From positions 25,375 through 89,374 of the forward strand of contig JBHLRS010000013.1 in the NCBI GenBank assembly GCA_048882325.1: a DNA stretch of 64,000 bases, in the 5' to 3' direction. This document shows, piece by piece, positions 29,295 to 40,231 of this stretch (positions are counted from its first letter, which is position 1; each line of letters begins with the position of its first letter). The notes beneath the pieces are model-generated. The model saw only the letters and a program-made list of their open reading frames with translations. It was not told where the DNA came from and did not search any database. The DNA comes from Candidatus Thorarchaeota archaeon. GTDB lineage: Archaea > Asgardarchaeota > Thorarchaeia > Thorarchaeales > Thorarchaeaceae. The position numbers and the translations under genes were made by a program.

Positions 29295-30169
29295 CGTGTG
29301 TCAACGGAACTAGATATCAGGTTAGATCTTCGTGAGACCTCATTTTCGTCTATTTGGAACTCCAATGCTTTGTTTTCAACCTTCAGACTAGCAATAGAGG
29401 ATGCATAAGCACCACTGACAATGTTTGGTTTTCCAGCTATTGATTGTGCTGCGAAAGCAGCTAGGTACACGTCTCCAGCCCCATTTGCATCAACTTCCTC
29501 CGTATCATAGGCAGGTATTGTACTGAAGTCCGCGCCATCATAGATTAGGCTACCTTCCTTACCTAGTGTTATGACGCAGGTTTCAGAAGCCAACTCCACG
29601 AGAAGTTCAGCAGCCAGGTAGGGATCTGATTCACCAGTTATCAACTCAGCTTCGAGTTGATTTGGTTTTATCACATCAAGATAACTCTGAGTCTTCTCGG
29701 TCACACTGAACTCACGGATAACCTCTAACCGACCTGCTGAATTCAATCCACGGAGTTGAGGATCGAGAAAGACAAGGGCATCGGTAGAACTACATATCCA
29801 TTCTACAAACTCAGCAGTGATTTCTTGAAGGGAGGGACTTAGCAATACTGCCTGTGTTTGAAGAAACTCATCAGGTACTTCCCGTATAGAGATTTTGGCT
29901 GGAAATCCGACGACACTCGTTCTTCGATTGACCGATGGGTTTTGAAATTCGACTGCTCTAACGCGGTCACTGTTGATAAGAAAGTACTCAGGAATATCGA
30001 GTGCGTCAACACCACTGATGAATTCATTCGCTTTGGTCTGATCCACAGAGCTGAGTACTGCCAACTGTTCGATACCAATCTTGGCTGCTGTCGCAGCGGC
30101 ATAGACACTTGGCCCAGCAAGTCGATTGCTATGGAATACTGGATTACCAATGACAACAATGTCATACAT
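29291..30169 (-). CDS. PfkB/ribokinase family sugar kinase (possibly myo-inositol kinase)
   Basis: KPNQLEA, ITLGKEGS, DANGAGD. Confidence 0.85.
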   Translation of the reverse strand: MYDIVVIGNPVFHSNRLAGPSVYAAATAAKIGIEQLAVLSSVDQTKANEFISGVDALDIPEYFLINSDRVRAVEFQNPSVNRRTSVVGFPAKISIREVPDEFLQTQAVLLSPSLQEITAEFVEWICSSTDALVFLDPQLRGLNSAGRLEVIREFSVTEKTQSYLDVIKPNQLEAELITGESDPYLAAELLVELASETCVITLGKEGSLIYDGADFSTIPAYDTEEVDANGAGDVYLAAFAAQSIAGKPNIVSGAYASSIASLKVENKALEFQIDENEVSRRSNLISSSVDTR

Positions 30170-30911
30170 CTAGCGAGTCACCCTTCTCTGTGGCGAGAAT
30201 CATCTTCTTTGCATAGTGGAGTCTCTGGACCACTGTAATATGAGAAAGGATACCCACAATGACAATGCAAAGTGTGAGAATGTTAGTAATGTCCAAGAAT
30301 ACAAAGAAGTCGAGTAATGCAGGAACAGGGGTCAGAAGATTGACCCAGATATTTGTTGGAGGGAGAGCTAGCAAGAGGATTCCTGCTATTTGAAGAATCA
30401 GTTTTTCTTGCCTTTCAGCAATTCCTACAGTACAACTTTCCATTCCGCCGACAGATTCAGCTTTTGCACGAGCAAAACTAGCCATAATCATTCCAAAGAG
30501 TGTAAAAAAGCCCCAAAACCATGGGACGAAGGTTGTGAACACTTCAGTTCCAGAACTATATGGCCACCACGGTATCATTACTGCGTTAATAGGACCCATT
30601 ATGAGACCGACCATGAAGAGGTACTCTGCATATCTATCTAGAGTGTGGTCAAAGGTTGCGCCAAACTTTGTTGCCAAGCCTGCAGCTCGAGCAACAGCAC
30701 CGTCAAACATATCCATGACTACCGTGAGAATCATAACTAACAAACCAATGATGAGATTTCCCATCGCAAAGAAATAAGCACTCACAAATGCAACTAGAAC
30801 TGTCAATCCGGTTATGATGTTAGGCGTGATACCAGTTCGAGCCAGTGCTTTTCCAACTGGCATCATAGCTTTCTGATATCTTTCTCTTAGAGATCCGAGC
30901 ATTTTCTTCAC
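30162..30911 (-). CDS. CDP-alcohol phosphatidyltransferase (archaetidylinositol phosphate synthase-like)
   Basis: TPNIIT, DMFDGAVAR...GATFDHTLDR, RAKAES, GIAERQE. Confidence 0.9.
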   Translation of the reverse strand: MKKMLGSLRERYQKAMMPVGKALARTGITPNIITGLTVLVAFVSAYFFAMGNLIIGLLVMILTVVMDMFDGAVARAAGLATKFGATFDHTLDRYAEYLFMVGLIMGPINAVMIPWWPYSSGTEVFTTFVPWFWGFFTLFGMIMASFARAKAESVGGMESCTVGIAERQEKLILQIAGILLLALPPTNIWVNLLTPVPALLDFFVFLDITNILTLCIVIVGILSHITVVQRLHYAKKMILATEKGDSLDV

Positions 30912-30976
30912 AAATCCGGTACTGTTGGGTCGGCTTCGCCGACTTGTATCGCGTTAATAAACGTGTTGTGAGGATT

Positions 30977-32644
30977 TCACAACACACTCATGACGCGTTT
31001 CAAGACCCATTCATTTCCTAGAAGATTGAGAAAGCCACCAAGTCTAGGACCCGATTTTCTAGATATCAGGATTCTATAGAGAACAACAAAAGCCCGCTTG
31101 TCTTTCAGACCAACTTCTCTTGCAGTTTCGAATACCTTCCCCTGTAGCTCCTCGTCATCAAGAGGGTCCCCTTTCAGTACATCGACGAATTGCCGGAGGA
31201 AATCTCTATCTGCATCGGTAAGAGTATCAATGATTTCCTTGGGAACAGAGTCAGGAACTGCAACTCGGTCTCGTTCACTACCAAATTCCTCGGCCCAGTT
31301 CAAAGCTCTCGTGAGCCTTGTTGGAATCAACGATTTGGCGAGGGGGGGAATCGCGGAAAGATTGTATTGTTTTTTCAAGACGTCATAACATCTTTGTAGG
31401 ATTGCTTCTTCACTCAGAATTTCTTGAAGTTGTGAGGTTATAACAGCGAATTTGAAAGGCAATTTTGGAATATACTCTTCACTGAGTGTGCGTACTTCAG
31501 TGAGAGGATATAGGATCTTAGCTAATTCCTGCTTCTCACTATCTACATCATCTAATCCATAATACTCTCGCTCAAACGATTCGTAGATGTCAACTAAATC
31601 AGGAATGAGATCGGTTTGAACATTGTTTGCCTTTTCTGGATCAGTCCTTAGAATCATATACCTGAATAATTCTGCGGGAGCAATATTCAACCACTCCCTT
31701 GGTGTGAAAACATATCCTCTGGAAGTCCCCATATCTCGCCCACCAAGACGAACCCATTCAAATGGAACTTTGACAGGACCTGCCCAACCGAACACCCGTC
31801 GAGACATCTCAAGACCAGTATCATAAGACCCGCCCTTAACAGCATGGTCCTTCCCGGCTGGCTCACAGGTCGTCTTCATGACGTACCATTTCGCAGGCCA
31901 GTCAACTCTCCATGACAACTTCAACCTGATTTTGTCGAGTTTCACTGTCGCTGAATGTCCGCAGTGTGCACATTTGTAAGAAACCTCATCACTCTCCGGA
32001 TTGTATGATGTTACTCGATTGGGTACTATTGATCCCTTACCACCACTCTGTAATCTTCCACACTCTGGACAAACAACTGTGGCAGGATACCAGGTCTTCA
32101 TCGATTCGATATATTCTGCCTTCTGTTTCTCATCAAAGTCGCGAGCGACATACTCAATCAGTATCTCTCTGATAGTTTCGGTATGGTTTAGACATATACG
32201 AACAGCCTCAAGCATCTCTTTTGTTTCGTAGAGCTTTGTTTGTGATACAACCTCTGGATCTACTCCAAACTCAGGAAACGTTTCCACTAATTCATTCGTC
32301 CAATGTGCAGCCAAGCTCTCACAGCAACCGTTCGGATCGGGAGCATCTGAGTAGGGAACCCCCATATACTCGTCTGGAGAGAGCGTCAAACTTGGTGGGA
32401 AAGCACGGATTGGATCAAAATCATCTGCAATGAAGACGGTCTTTGCTATTTTACCTATTTTCTGGAGCTCCCGTTTGATGACATCTGCAATTATGACCTC
32501 CTTCATGAAGCCAGCATGAACACTGCCACTCATGCTTTTTCCAGTCACAATTAGATACTGATCGGGATTGCGTTCCAGCACTTCACTGACAATATCTTGA
32601 ATCCAGTGAATAGAGAATTCATCTTGTGATTCATCAGACGACAT
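30977..32644 (-). CDS. lysS: Lysyl-tRNA synthetase, class I
   Basis: SGSVHAG, KLSWRVDWPAKW, EPAGKDH, GPRLGGF. Confidence 0.95.
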   Translation of the reverse strand: MSSDESQDEFSIHWIQDIVSEVLERNPDQYLIVTGKSMSGSVHAGFMKEVIIADVIKRELQKIGKIAKTVFIADDFDPIRAFPPSLTLSPDEYMGVPYSDAPDPNGCCESLAAHWTNELVETFPEFGVDPEVVSQTKLYETKEMLEAVRICLNHTETIREILIEYVARDFDEKQKAEYIESMKTWYPATVVCPECGRLQSGGKGSIVPNRVTSYNPESDEVSYKCAHCGHSATVKLDKIRLKLSWRVDWPAKWYVMKTTCEPAGKDHAVKGGSYDTGLEMSRRVFGWAGPVKVPFEWVRLGGRDMGTSRGYVFTPREWLNIAPAELFRYMILRTDPEKANNVQTDLIPDLVDIYESFEREYYGLDDVDSEKQELAKILYPLTEVRTLSEEYIPKLPFKFAVITSQLQEILSEEAILQRCYDVLKKQYNLSAIPPLAKSLIPTRLTRALNWAEEFGSERDRVAVPDSVPKEIIDTLTDADRDFLRQFVDVLKGDPLDDEELQGKVFETAREVGLKDKRAFVVLYRILISRKSGPRLGGFLNLLGNEWVLKRVMSVL

Positions 32645-32693
32645 CTATCTCTCCTCGGATAACCCCCAAGTTCGAGCTTAAAGAACATTATCA

Positions 32694-34547
32694 TCAAGAG
32701 GAGAATTCTGAGACTATCAGGTCAGTTCTTGTGGCAAAGAATATGTATGTCGGAATGGATGCCAAGAGAATCACTCCGATCATTGTCACCATGACTGCGA
32801 CAATTGACAATGGAAGATATGCCAATGATGGAACAGCGGCCTCAGGTATTAACATATAGATACTAAGAAGTGTGCTGACAATGAGTGCAGGAATTCCAGC
32901 TCTCAGTCCAACTTCTAGGCCTTCTGCAATCATCACCTTAGCAATGAAAGATGGTTTTGCTCCTACTGACCGCATGATTATGTAATCTCGAAGACGACCG
33001 AACACTGAAACTAGTAGATAGTTCATTAGACTCAGGAACGCGCTAAGTAGAGTAACAAGAGCAAGTGGATTCAAGAGTGCCCAGATGGCATCAATTGTTT
33101 CCAGATTTCCTTCTAGTACATCCTGTTGTCTGAAGATACCAAATCCATAACTCTCAGCAAGAATCTCAATTTCACTAATGAGTGAGTCATCATAATCTTC
33201 AAGCTGAACCAAGACCAAGTTGGTCCCTGAAACCCCAAATGAATTCTGCAGCTCTGAAAGCTCCATCAGGGCCATCATACCACCATTTAGAATGTCAAAA
33301 GCCTGTGCTTTGATTTCGAGTGTATTTCCTTGTACCTCAAGGTTTTGTATGAGAGGATCTTCGAAGAGGTCACTAGCCATCTTTCCCCCAATCCATACCT
33401 GTTCTGTGTTCTCAGGAATACGACCTTCATAATACCAATCAGAGATTGATGAATCCCAATTGATACCAACTAGTACCGCATTTGATGTTCGGTCTTCTCC
33501 AACAATCTCATACTGCTCCAGCTCTTCATTCCAGACAGTAACTCGTTTCGCTTCAATTTCAGAATAGACCACAAGACGTTGTTCAACAGCGTACACACCT
33601 AAAATATCTCCCAGGTCTGTTGTTAATGCACTGGGTATCATATCTGAACTGCTAAGATAGTTGAAACTGTTGTCAAGAGGAGAACCATAGAGCGAGTATG
33701 AGTCGTAGTAGGAATCAAGAAGGTCAGGATTCCCAACTGCGACAATGTTTTCTCCCATTGAACGTGTCACGTATGAACTTGAGGTTGTGTGAACCACTCC
33801 ACCACCAATCCAGAGAATAGAAGCAATCGTAAAACTCAGGAAAAGAGACAGTACCGTCCGCCTTGTACCTTTCAATCTTCTTCCTGTTCCTTTTGTGGCA
33901 ATACGGAAAGAAAGGCCAAAACTATCAAGAAATCCTGAAACACGGACCTTTGTCCCGACATCGGGGTTCAGAGCGAGGGAGGGAGACTCTTGAACTGTGT
34001 CATAGATTGGCTTTTGAGCTGAAAAGTACCCGGCGATAACAAGGACCACGGCTAAAACTGACAATTGAATAATTGGAAAGGAATTGGTCAGTTGAATATT
34101 GGGAATGAAACCACTTAGCCAAATTATTCCAGCTATGTACAGAATTGTACCGAACGACAGTCCAAGTACAATACTTGCCAACAGCATTATCACTGATTGA
34201 GCCATAAAGAAATCAAAGATCGTGTCTAGGAGTGTTCCTATTGATTTCATCAAACCAATATCGCGACGCCTAGTCACCATCTCCAACGAGATTGTCGTGG
34301 ACACCACTGCCGCACCCAGAACAAAAACAAGGAGTAGGATTGTCCAAACAAAGGTCGAGAAGAAAGTTCCGAAAGATGAAGACAGAGCACTTGCTACTGA
34401 GAAAGTAGATACGTCAAGTAGTACATTCCCAAATAGAAACACAAACGTGGTCGCCGTGACTACACTCGTTAATGAGATGAGAGTGAGAGTTGTCCGAAAT
34501 GGACGTCGTTTCAGATCTCGTGAGGCAAAAATCTGATGTTCAGACAT
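32694..34547 (-). CDS. ABC transporter permease (FtsX/MacB, two permease domains)
   Basis: RRRDIGLMKSIG and RLRDYIIMRSVGA with an extracellular domain between. Confidence 0.88.
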   Translation of the reverse strand: MSEHQIFASRDLKRRPFRTTLTLISLTSVVTATTFVFLFGNVLLDVSTFSVASALSSSFGTFFSTFVWTILLLVFVLGAAVVSTTISLEMVTRRRDIGLMKSIGTLLDTIFDFFMAQSVIMLLASIVLGLSFGTILYIAGIIWLSGFIPNIQLTNSFPIIQLSVLAVVLVIAGYFSAQKPIYDTVQESPSLALNPDVGTKVRVSGFLDSFGLSFRIATKGTGRRLKGTRRTVLSLFLSFTIASILWIGGGVVHTTSSSYVTRSMGENIVAVGNPDLLDSYYDSYSLYGSPLDNSFNYLSSSDMIPSALTTDLGDILGVYAVEQRLVVYSEIEAKRVTVWNEELEQYEIVGEDRTSNAVLVGINWDSSISDWYYEGRIPENTEQVWIGGKMASDLFEDPLIQNLEVQGNTLEIKAQAFDILNGGMMALMELSELQNSFGVSGTNLVLVQLEDYDDSLISEIEILAESYGFGIFRQQDVLEGNLETIDAIWALLNPLALVTLLSAFLSLMNYLLVSVFGRLRDYIIMRSVGAKPSFIAKVMIAEGLEVGLRAGIPALIVSTLLSIYMLIPEAAVPSLAYLPLSIVAVMVTMIGVILLASIPTYIFFATRTDLIVSEFSS

Positions 34548-35292
34548 TACGGGTTAGCTCTCCTAGCTCCATCTTATATTGGTGGACATTCGATTGATTG
34601 ATTATTCCCTCGTCATGAGTCATAACAATCACAGCCTTTCCTTGTTTGTTCAAATCACGAAGCAGGTCTCGAATCATTTGTCCACTTTCACCATCAAGAT
34701 TGGCTGTGGGCTCATCTGCGAGAATGATAGGAGGATCATTAGCCATAGCGCGTGCTATCGCGATTCGTTGTTGTTCGCCAGAACTGAGCTGCCACGGAAG
34801 ATGGTCAGCACGATCCTCCAACTCAACTCTCTCGAGAAGCTTCATTGCCTCTTCTCGTAACAGTGAATGACTCCGCTCATAAAGCTGCATAGGAAACATC
34901 ACATTCTCAACAGCAGTTAAGGTGGAAACTAGATTATAGCTCTGAAAGATGAAGCCTGTGTTGTTGAGTCTGAAGGATGCACGAAATGATTCATCATAGT
35001 CATTGATGGGAACATCCATGACAAACACCCGACCATTTGTTGGGAGATCTATTGCTCCGATGATATTCAGGAGAGTTGTCTTTCCAGATCCTGACCTTCC
35101 CGAGATTACGACAAAATCACCGGCATCGATAATAAGATTGACATCACGCACAGCCCCAATTGTCGTTTTCCCCAATGAGAAGGCTCTCGAAACATTCTGA
35201 AGGTCCACTGCGTGACGGACTTCTTCAAGATCTTCTGCATCCAAATCGTCCCGAGTATAGTCGACCGCATCTAGATAATCGTCATCAGCCAT
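34540..35292 (-). CDS. ABC transporter ATP-binding protein
   Basis: GRSGSGKT, LSSGEQQR, DEPTANLD; start reset to ATG 35292. Confidence 0.93.
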   Translation of the reverse strand: MADDDYLDAVDYTRDDLDAEDLEEVRHAVDLQNVSRAFSLGKTTIGAVRDVNLIIDAGDFVVISGRSGSGKTTLLNIIGAIDLPTNGRVFVMDVPINDYDESFRASFRLNNTGFIFQSYNLVSTLTAVENVMFPMQLYERSHSLLREEAMKLLERVELEDRADHLPWQLSSGEQQRIAIARAMANDPPIILADEPTANLDGESGQMIRDLLRDLNKQGKAVIVMTHDEGIINQSNVHQYKMELGELTRNV

Positions 35293-35355
35293 TACTTGCC
35301 ACCTTGATAGGTGGCGAATGACTCTCAACCCAAGATAAGCGTAAGGGTTGAACAA

Positions 35356-36171
35356 CTAATGTACCAAAATGGCCTGAACATCAAGCGCTGAACGGGCCCA
35401 GTCTGTGAGTAGTACAGGTTTCTCTCTACCAAACACCTTCACTGATCGAAGAATATCCGCATCAAGAAGACTACTGATATAGTAGGAGATTAGGCTCTTA
35501 TCCACATCTAGTGTTCTACTTATCACGGCTTGAGTTGTCTGACCATTAGATGCACATTCACTGAGGATTGATCCCACAGTGGGATTACGCGCCATGGCTG
35601 TAAGAAGCATCACCTTTTCATCAGAGGAGTAGTCAGGTGTGAATAAGTGTCGAACATTGCCATTCCTGAGTGATACAACCTGTCCATCCTCTTCGAGCGC
35701 ACGAAGATGGTACTGGAGTGCGCCCATGGCACATCCAATAATTCGATGAAGTTCGCGAAGGTGAATACCAGGATTAGCTGATACCTCTCCGAGGATTCGA
35801 TCACGAAGTTTCTGAAGTCGACGGTCTTCTCTCCTGTCAATTGAGACAGTTCCAATCGCAAGAACGAGAAATCCTAAATCAAGTGCAGTGAAAAGCGAAT
35901 TAGACCAGGCTATGTTAGTGCCTCCAGAGTTCCAAGTAAATACCTTAGCATCAATAGAGAGGTTTTCAATAATAGTAGATTTCCCAATACAGAACGACAG
36001 TGCCTCAAATTGTGCGAGGTTATCATTTGCACTCAGTGTGGGAGACAAGTCCTGAGCCAATGGCTCTACACCACCAAAACCCGCTCCAGATAGAACTACA
36101 CCTAGAACGCCCCATGAGAGGAGGGCAAGTGAGAATCCAACTAGGATATGTTTGGTGAACCGTCTATTCAT
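35356..36171 (-). CDS. Membrane-anchored double-wHTH transcriptional regulator
   Basis: N-terminal hydrophobic segments; NPGIHLRELHR...LQYHLRALE and a second HTH. Confidence 0.8.
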   Translation of the reverse strand: MNRRFTKHILVGFSLALLSWGVLGVVLSGAGFGGVEPLAQDLSPTLSANDNLAQFEALSFCIGKSTIIENLSIDAKVFTWNSGGTNIAWSNSLFTALDLGFLVLAIGTVSIDRREDRRLQKLRDRILGEVSANPGIHLRELHRIIGCAMGALQYHLRALEEDGQVVSLRNGNVRHLFTPDYSSDEKVMLLTAMARNPTVGSILSECASNGQTTQAVISRTLDVDKSLISYYISSLLDADILRSVKVFGREKPVLLTDWARSALDVQAILVH

Positions 36172-36243
36172 GTCCTAACTTCCATCAGCAAATCCTAATA
36201 GCATTTTGCAGTTAAAAACTACGTTTGTTGAAATTTCGCACTA

Positions 36244-36798
36244 CTACGTGGCTCCACGTGCTGGATAGGTCATTGTAATTTTGAATGTGCAGCTCTCTTC
36301 ACCAGCAGACATACAAGTGTCTTCTGTGACGATCAACTTCTCATACTCAATTCTATTGAAGTCGGTTAAGTACTCAAGAACTGCCTCTACGAATCCCTTC
36401 AAGAAGAAACAAGATGGTTCTTCAGCTTCATAACCCGAAGCATATGGATTGTCACCAATTTCTATAATCGCTTCTTCATCCAACCAAAGTTTGTAGAGTT
36501 TAGCAATCCGAACATCACCAAATGGAACAATCAAAGTTTCGAGAGCCATTTTGATGAACTCGATGATTCCCTTAAAATCACCAGGAGGTTTTTGCTTCCC
36601 AATCTTGAAGTATTCTCTTTGAGCTTCAAGTCCTGCAAGACGTCCAGCTGAGTAATAGAGGTCCTTTACTCGATCTGGGAACATGACTGCAATCCTGCTC
36701 CCGAGTTTGTTCCAGGTCTTCGCGAAGAATGCAACCATTAAGTCACGTTCCTTGAGTCGACCTTGCCACCAAGGAATCACCTTATCTTGATCTGACAT
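36244..36798 (-). CDS. V4R-domain (Bet3/TRAPP-related) protein
   Basis: YSAGRLAG, DNPYA, PSCFFLKGFVEA, EDTCMSAGEESCTF. Confidence 0.85.
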   Translation of the reverse strand: MSDQDKVIPWWQGRLKERDLMVAFFAKTWNKLGSRIAVMFPDRVKDLYYSAGRLAGLEAQREYFKIGKQKPPGDFKGIIEFIKMALETLIVPFGDVRIAKLYKLWLDEEAIIEIGDNPYASGYEAEEPSCFFLKGFVEAVLEYLTDFNRIEYEKLIVTEDTCMSAGEESCTFKITMTYPARGAT

Positions 36799-36866
36799 TT
36801 CTAGGCCTCGTTGTCACTGACAGATGATGAAATGATGTTTAATTGCTTTATGTGTGTGTGATACAT

Positions 36867-37340
36867 CTATACTAGACGGACATTCCATACGCATGCATCT
36901 GCACCGGTGGCTTGGCTCATCTCTTGGAAGACCTTTGCATCAACACCTTTGAACTCCAGAATAGACTGGAGTATTCCACTAAAGACCTCACAGTACCCAA
37001 AACCCCGCATTCCTTCAAGGTTTACTTCTTGGCACCACACGCACTTGTCATCTGTAATCCTTACTGATCCGCGAGCTGTTTTCATATCAACATCTTTGGG
37101 TTTCTTATCGAATAAGGTGCGATATACAATTTCAATCAGCTTGGCAACATCCTCGCGGGTTGTGACATTATCCTTTGTTTTTTCAACAATCTCTGTGTTA
37201 AGGTAGATTTGCTGACCAATCTCGCATCCAAGGTCTCGTAGTTTCTGATTTGCTTCTTCGATGTTTTCTGTTTCAGACAAAACCTTCTCGACATAATAGG
37301 AGTATAAGCTAATTAACAAAGGATTTTCAATCTTGGGCAT
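36867..37340 (-). CDS. Bet3/TRAPPC3-like (V4R-related) protein
   Basis: KLRDLGCEIGQQI resembles the Bet3 GxxIG helix; CVWC, YCEVFSGIL, ACVW. Confidence 0.75.
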   Translation of the reverse strand: MPKIENPLLISLYSYYVEKVLSETENIEEANQKLRDLGCEIGQQIYLNTEIVEKTKDNVTTREDVAKLIEIVYRTLFDKKPKDVDMKTARGSVRITDDKCVWCQEVNLEGMRGFGYCEVFSGILQSILEFKGVDAKVFQEMSQATGADACVWNVRLV

Positions 37341-37363
37341 TATATGTACACCTTCTCTGAAAT

Positions 37364-38368
37364 CTAGAGGGTCTTTCCGATTAATTTCAGACCGTGTTTT
37401 CTGTATTTGGCAATTGTTTGTACAACCCTAGGTAGTGGAACACTCAATTCTTCGGCAATCTGTTCAGTAGTTCGAGTGCCATCACACAACCTAATGATGT
37501 TTTGATCATTATTCGCGACTTTCTTCATATCACCCTCATAATGTGGACATTTAACATATCGTCCCATTGCACTAGTCGCTGATGCTGAAACTTCCTCACC
37601 CTCTGTAAGTTGCGGAACCGTGATTATACCTCGTGAAGCTCCCCACTTCAGTAAATCTATTACCCTATTGTTTGGCTGAAACATTGAGTCTGCAATTTTC
37701 TCTACACTGTTGGCACCATCAACCAGCATTAGAACATCAAAGCCAAAGTTTCGATAGAGTTTCTTCATCTCTGTGTACAGCTTTGAGTCCAGAGAGAGTG
37801 CGTTAGAATACCTTGGACCTCTCTCAGGGACAGTAGTAGGCTGAACATTGAATGACTCTGGTGGTGGAAGATCCTCAACTGGAGTGGGAGATTCTTCCAC
37901 AACTGGTGGTGTGGCTACTTCAGGTTCAGGTCGTGGAGTTGTATCAGGTGCTTCAGTGGATTCGATAGAAGCTGCATTGATTGCGATGCTCTCTAGAACC
38001 TGCAGATTGGATTCTACTGATTCCTCGAACTCCTCTGGAGGAGGTGGTAGTTCAATTCCTTCTAACAATCTGAGAACGTTCTTTGTCTTAGCAATAGCCA
38101 GTCCAAGCTGGAGCTCTGGTACGTATAGAACAGTCAAAATCCAGTTGTCATCAACGGGGGAGAGAACAACAAGCCCACGATCAGTATCAATGGTCATAAG
38201 TCGTAAATCACTCTTATAGAGGGCTATGCTATCCTTCACTCGTGGGAATAGTTCATCCGGAAATGCAAAGCTGACAAAAGGTCTACCAACCTTTGTCATC
38301 AATGAATAACCCAATACTTGGTCATCGAATCTCAACTTGGATAAAGCGCGTTCCAAATCTTTGGACAT
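37364..38368 (-). CDS. Roadblock-like domain + Pro/Glu linker + two wHTH domains
   Basis: VLGYSLMTKVGRP...LGLAI roadblock-like N-terminus; LVDGANSVEKIA and LCDGTRTTEQIA wHTHs; start reset to ATG 38368. Confidence 0.7.
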   Translation of the reverse strand: MSKDLERALSKLRFDDQVLGYSLMTKVGRPFVSFAFPDELFPRVKDSIALYKSDLRLMTIDTDRGLVVLSPVDDNWILTVLYVPELQLGLAIAKTKNVLRLLEGIELPPPPEEFEESVESNLQVLESIAINAASIESTEAPDTTPRPEPEVATPPVVEESPTPVEDLPPPESFNVQPTTVPERGPRYSNALSLDSKLYTEMKKLYRNFGFDVLMLVDGANSVEKIADSMFQPNNRVIDLLKWGASRGIITVPQLTEGEEVSASATSAMGRYVKCPHYEGDMKKVANNDQNIIRLCDGTRTTEQIAEELSVPLPRVVQTIAKYRKHGLKLIGKTL

Positions 38369-38515
38369 AATGTATACCTCACGGACACTGGTCTGAATAA
38401 TAATGGCTGTCCCTGCTATTCTCTCGAAGTTCGTCTGAAAAGGATTGTGGTGGTGAAGCAAGTTGAGACTCGTCAAAAACGGTTAAGAGGGGTTCGAGTC
38501 TGCCGATTAACTACA

Positions 38516-39082
38516 ATGAAGAACTTTGTTGGCGGTCTACTAGCGGTTTTCATAGGTTCTATGGTCATAGTAATGTTCCTGGGACTTACGCAACCGGTTT
38601 ATCCAGAACCGTTCAACATTTTCTGGTTCCTTTTTGCAGGGAGTTATGCTATACAGACAACGCTCCTCAACCCACTCACGCTAATCAGTGTTGGGCTCTA
38701 TATTCTCACATGGATTGTCATGGGATTGGTTATCGCACCATTTTCAAAACCTGGATGGAATACAGTCAGATCTGCACTTTGGGTTGGTCTAATTCATGCA
38801 GTCCTGGCACTAATGTCAACCCTCTTCACAGAACCTGGATTTTGGGAGAGCGCCAGTAGAAACTATCAATTACTCACCAAGTTTACAACTTCGCTTCTAC
38901 TAAGCATTCTTTCGTTACCAGCAGCAATACCAGCAGCAATAATCGTTGAAAGAGTTGGTCGTGAGGCTGAACCACCAATTCCATCCAAGATTGAAACAGT
39001 TTGTGAATGTGGAGCAGTTTTCAAATCGAAACCAATGATGTGTTCGGAATGTGGAAGGATATTGAATAAACCCACAGAATAG
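38516..39082 (+). CDS. Membrane protein with C-terminal Zn ribbon
   Basis: 4-5 TM segments; CECG...CSECG. Confidence 0.75.
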   Translation: MKNFVGGLLAVFIGSMVIVMFLGLTQPVYPEPFNIFWFLFAGSYAIQTTLLNPLTLISVGLYILTWIVMGLVIAPFSKPGWNTVRSALWVGLIHAVLALMSTLFTEPGFWESASRNYQLLTKFTTSLLLSILSLPAAIPAAIIVERVGREAEPPIPSKIETVCECGAVFKSKPMMCSECGRILNKPTE

Positions 39083-39610
39083 CTAGCGATCTCTTGTTAT
39101 GGCTCCACCAAGGAGGCCACCTATAGCACAAGCAATAGCAGGATATATTGTTCCTTCAAGTGCAGCTTGCATGATGATGAGTGAGCCTTGTTGGAAGATC
39201 CCACCAATTCCAGCAAAGGAAGAGGATATCATGAAGAAAAGTAACCATGTAAGAAATGCACCAATAACAGCTGAGAAGACAGCAGAAAGAATTCCAGGAA
39301 GTATCTCTTTAGTCACTAATCCAGCAATGAGACCACCTGTGCCCCATGCTAACCACATCAGGACCGTACCGCCTGGTGCACCGTAACCAACAAGAGAACC
39401 AAGACTTGTTGATCCAAGTATCGCTGGGGCAGGGAACAGGATTGTACCTGTTACAGCTAGACGTTTCTCGAGCTCTCTACTAGCGAGAAAGTCATCTACA
39501 ATAGTTGATGCAATGAGATCATTTGGCATAAAGGATCCGAACATCAGAACGATGAATGCAAGTGCGAATGCTGTTATCAAACCTAGGAGCGTGCCTAAAC
39601 CTTGACCCAA
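39083..39610 (-). CDS. Gly-rich integral membrane protein
   Basis: Four or more TM segments with GGLIAG/GGLLGG motifs. Confidence 0.75.
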   Translation of the reverse strand: MGQGLGTLLGLITAFALAFIVLMFGSFMPNDLIASTIVDDFLASRELEKRLAVTGTILFPAPAILGSTSLGSLVGYGAPGGTVLMWLAWGTGGLIAGLVTKEILPGILSAVFSAVIGAFLTWLLFFMISSSFAGIGGIFQQGSLIIMQAALEGTIYPAIACAIGGLLGGAITRDR

Positions 39611-39707
39611 TTGAGGTCCTCCGTTTGTGTTGGTTCTATACCCCTATTTCTAGTTATTAGGTTTTATACCTATGCCGGATGGTTATCTTGAGAGTTGAAG
39701 CATCAGG

Positions 39708-40211
39708 TCACAATAGTGATAGTGTCCAGGTGCACGCCTCATCACCCAACGCCCTACAGGACTCCTGAAAGCTCTCAGCTTGGAATCCTCTGAGCTTCAT
39801 GACAGCGTCAAACACACCACTCACTATGACACAGTATTGCAATCCAGGCATGTCAGTGATATGCACTCCAGCGCATATTGGACAATCCGCATCAGAGAAC
39901 TTGATTGTTCGTTTGTCAGGACTTACTGAAATATCTGTGAATGTTTGCCCTGAATTCACCTTGTAAGCAAGTTGAAGAGTATTGGCGAACTCATGGAACT
40001 GACCAGCGTGATCTCGAATTCGATCAGCGTAGTCCATCAGCAGGGTTTCACCGACTCTAAAGCCAATGTCCTTCATCTTACGGTTAATCTCATCAACTGT
40101 TTCACTGGTGCTCATTAGCAGGTTCATAAGTTCCCGATAACTAGCTTGAAACAGAACTTTAGAGACCTTGTCCGTCATGAAATTCCAAGCAATCTTACCT
40201 TTTACACCCAT
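39708..40211 (-). CDS. Bet3/TRAPPC3-like (V4R-related) protein, paralog of 36867-37340
   Basis: KMKDIGFRVGETLLMDY, CPIC, YCVIVSGVF, ESCRALGDEACTW; start reset to ATG 40211. Confidence 0.78.
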   Translation of the reverse strand: MGVKGKIAWNFMTDKVSKVLFQASYRELMNLLMSTSETVDEINRKMKDIGFRVGETLLMDYADRIRDHAGQFHEFANTLQLAYKVNSGQTFTDISVSPDKRTIKFSDADCPICAGVHITDMPGLQYCVIVSGVFDAVMKLRGFQAESFQESCRALGDEACTWTLSLL

Positions 40212-40231
40212 TGTTACTTCGACCTCCAGTT

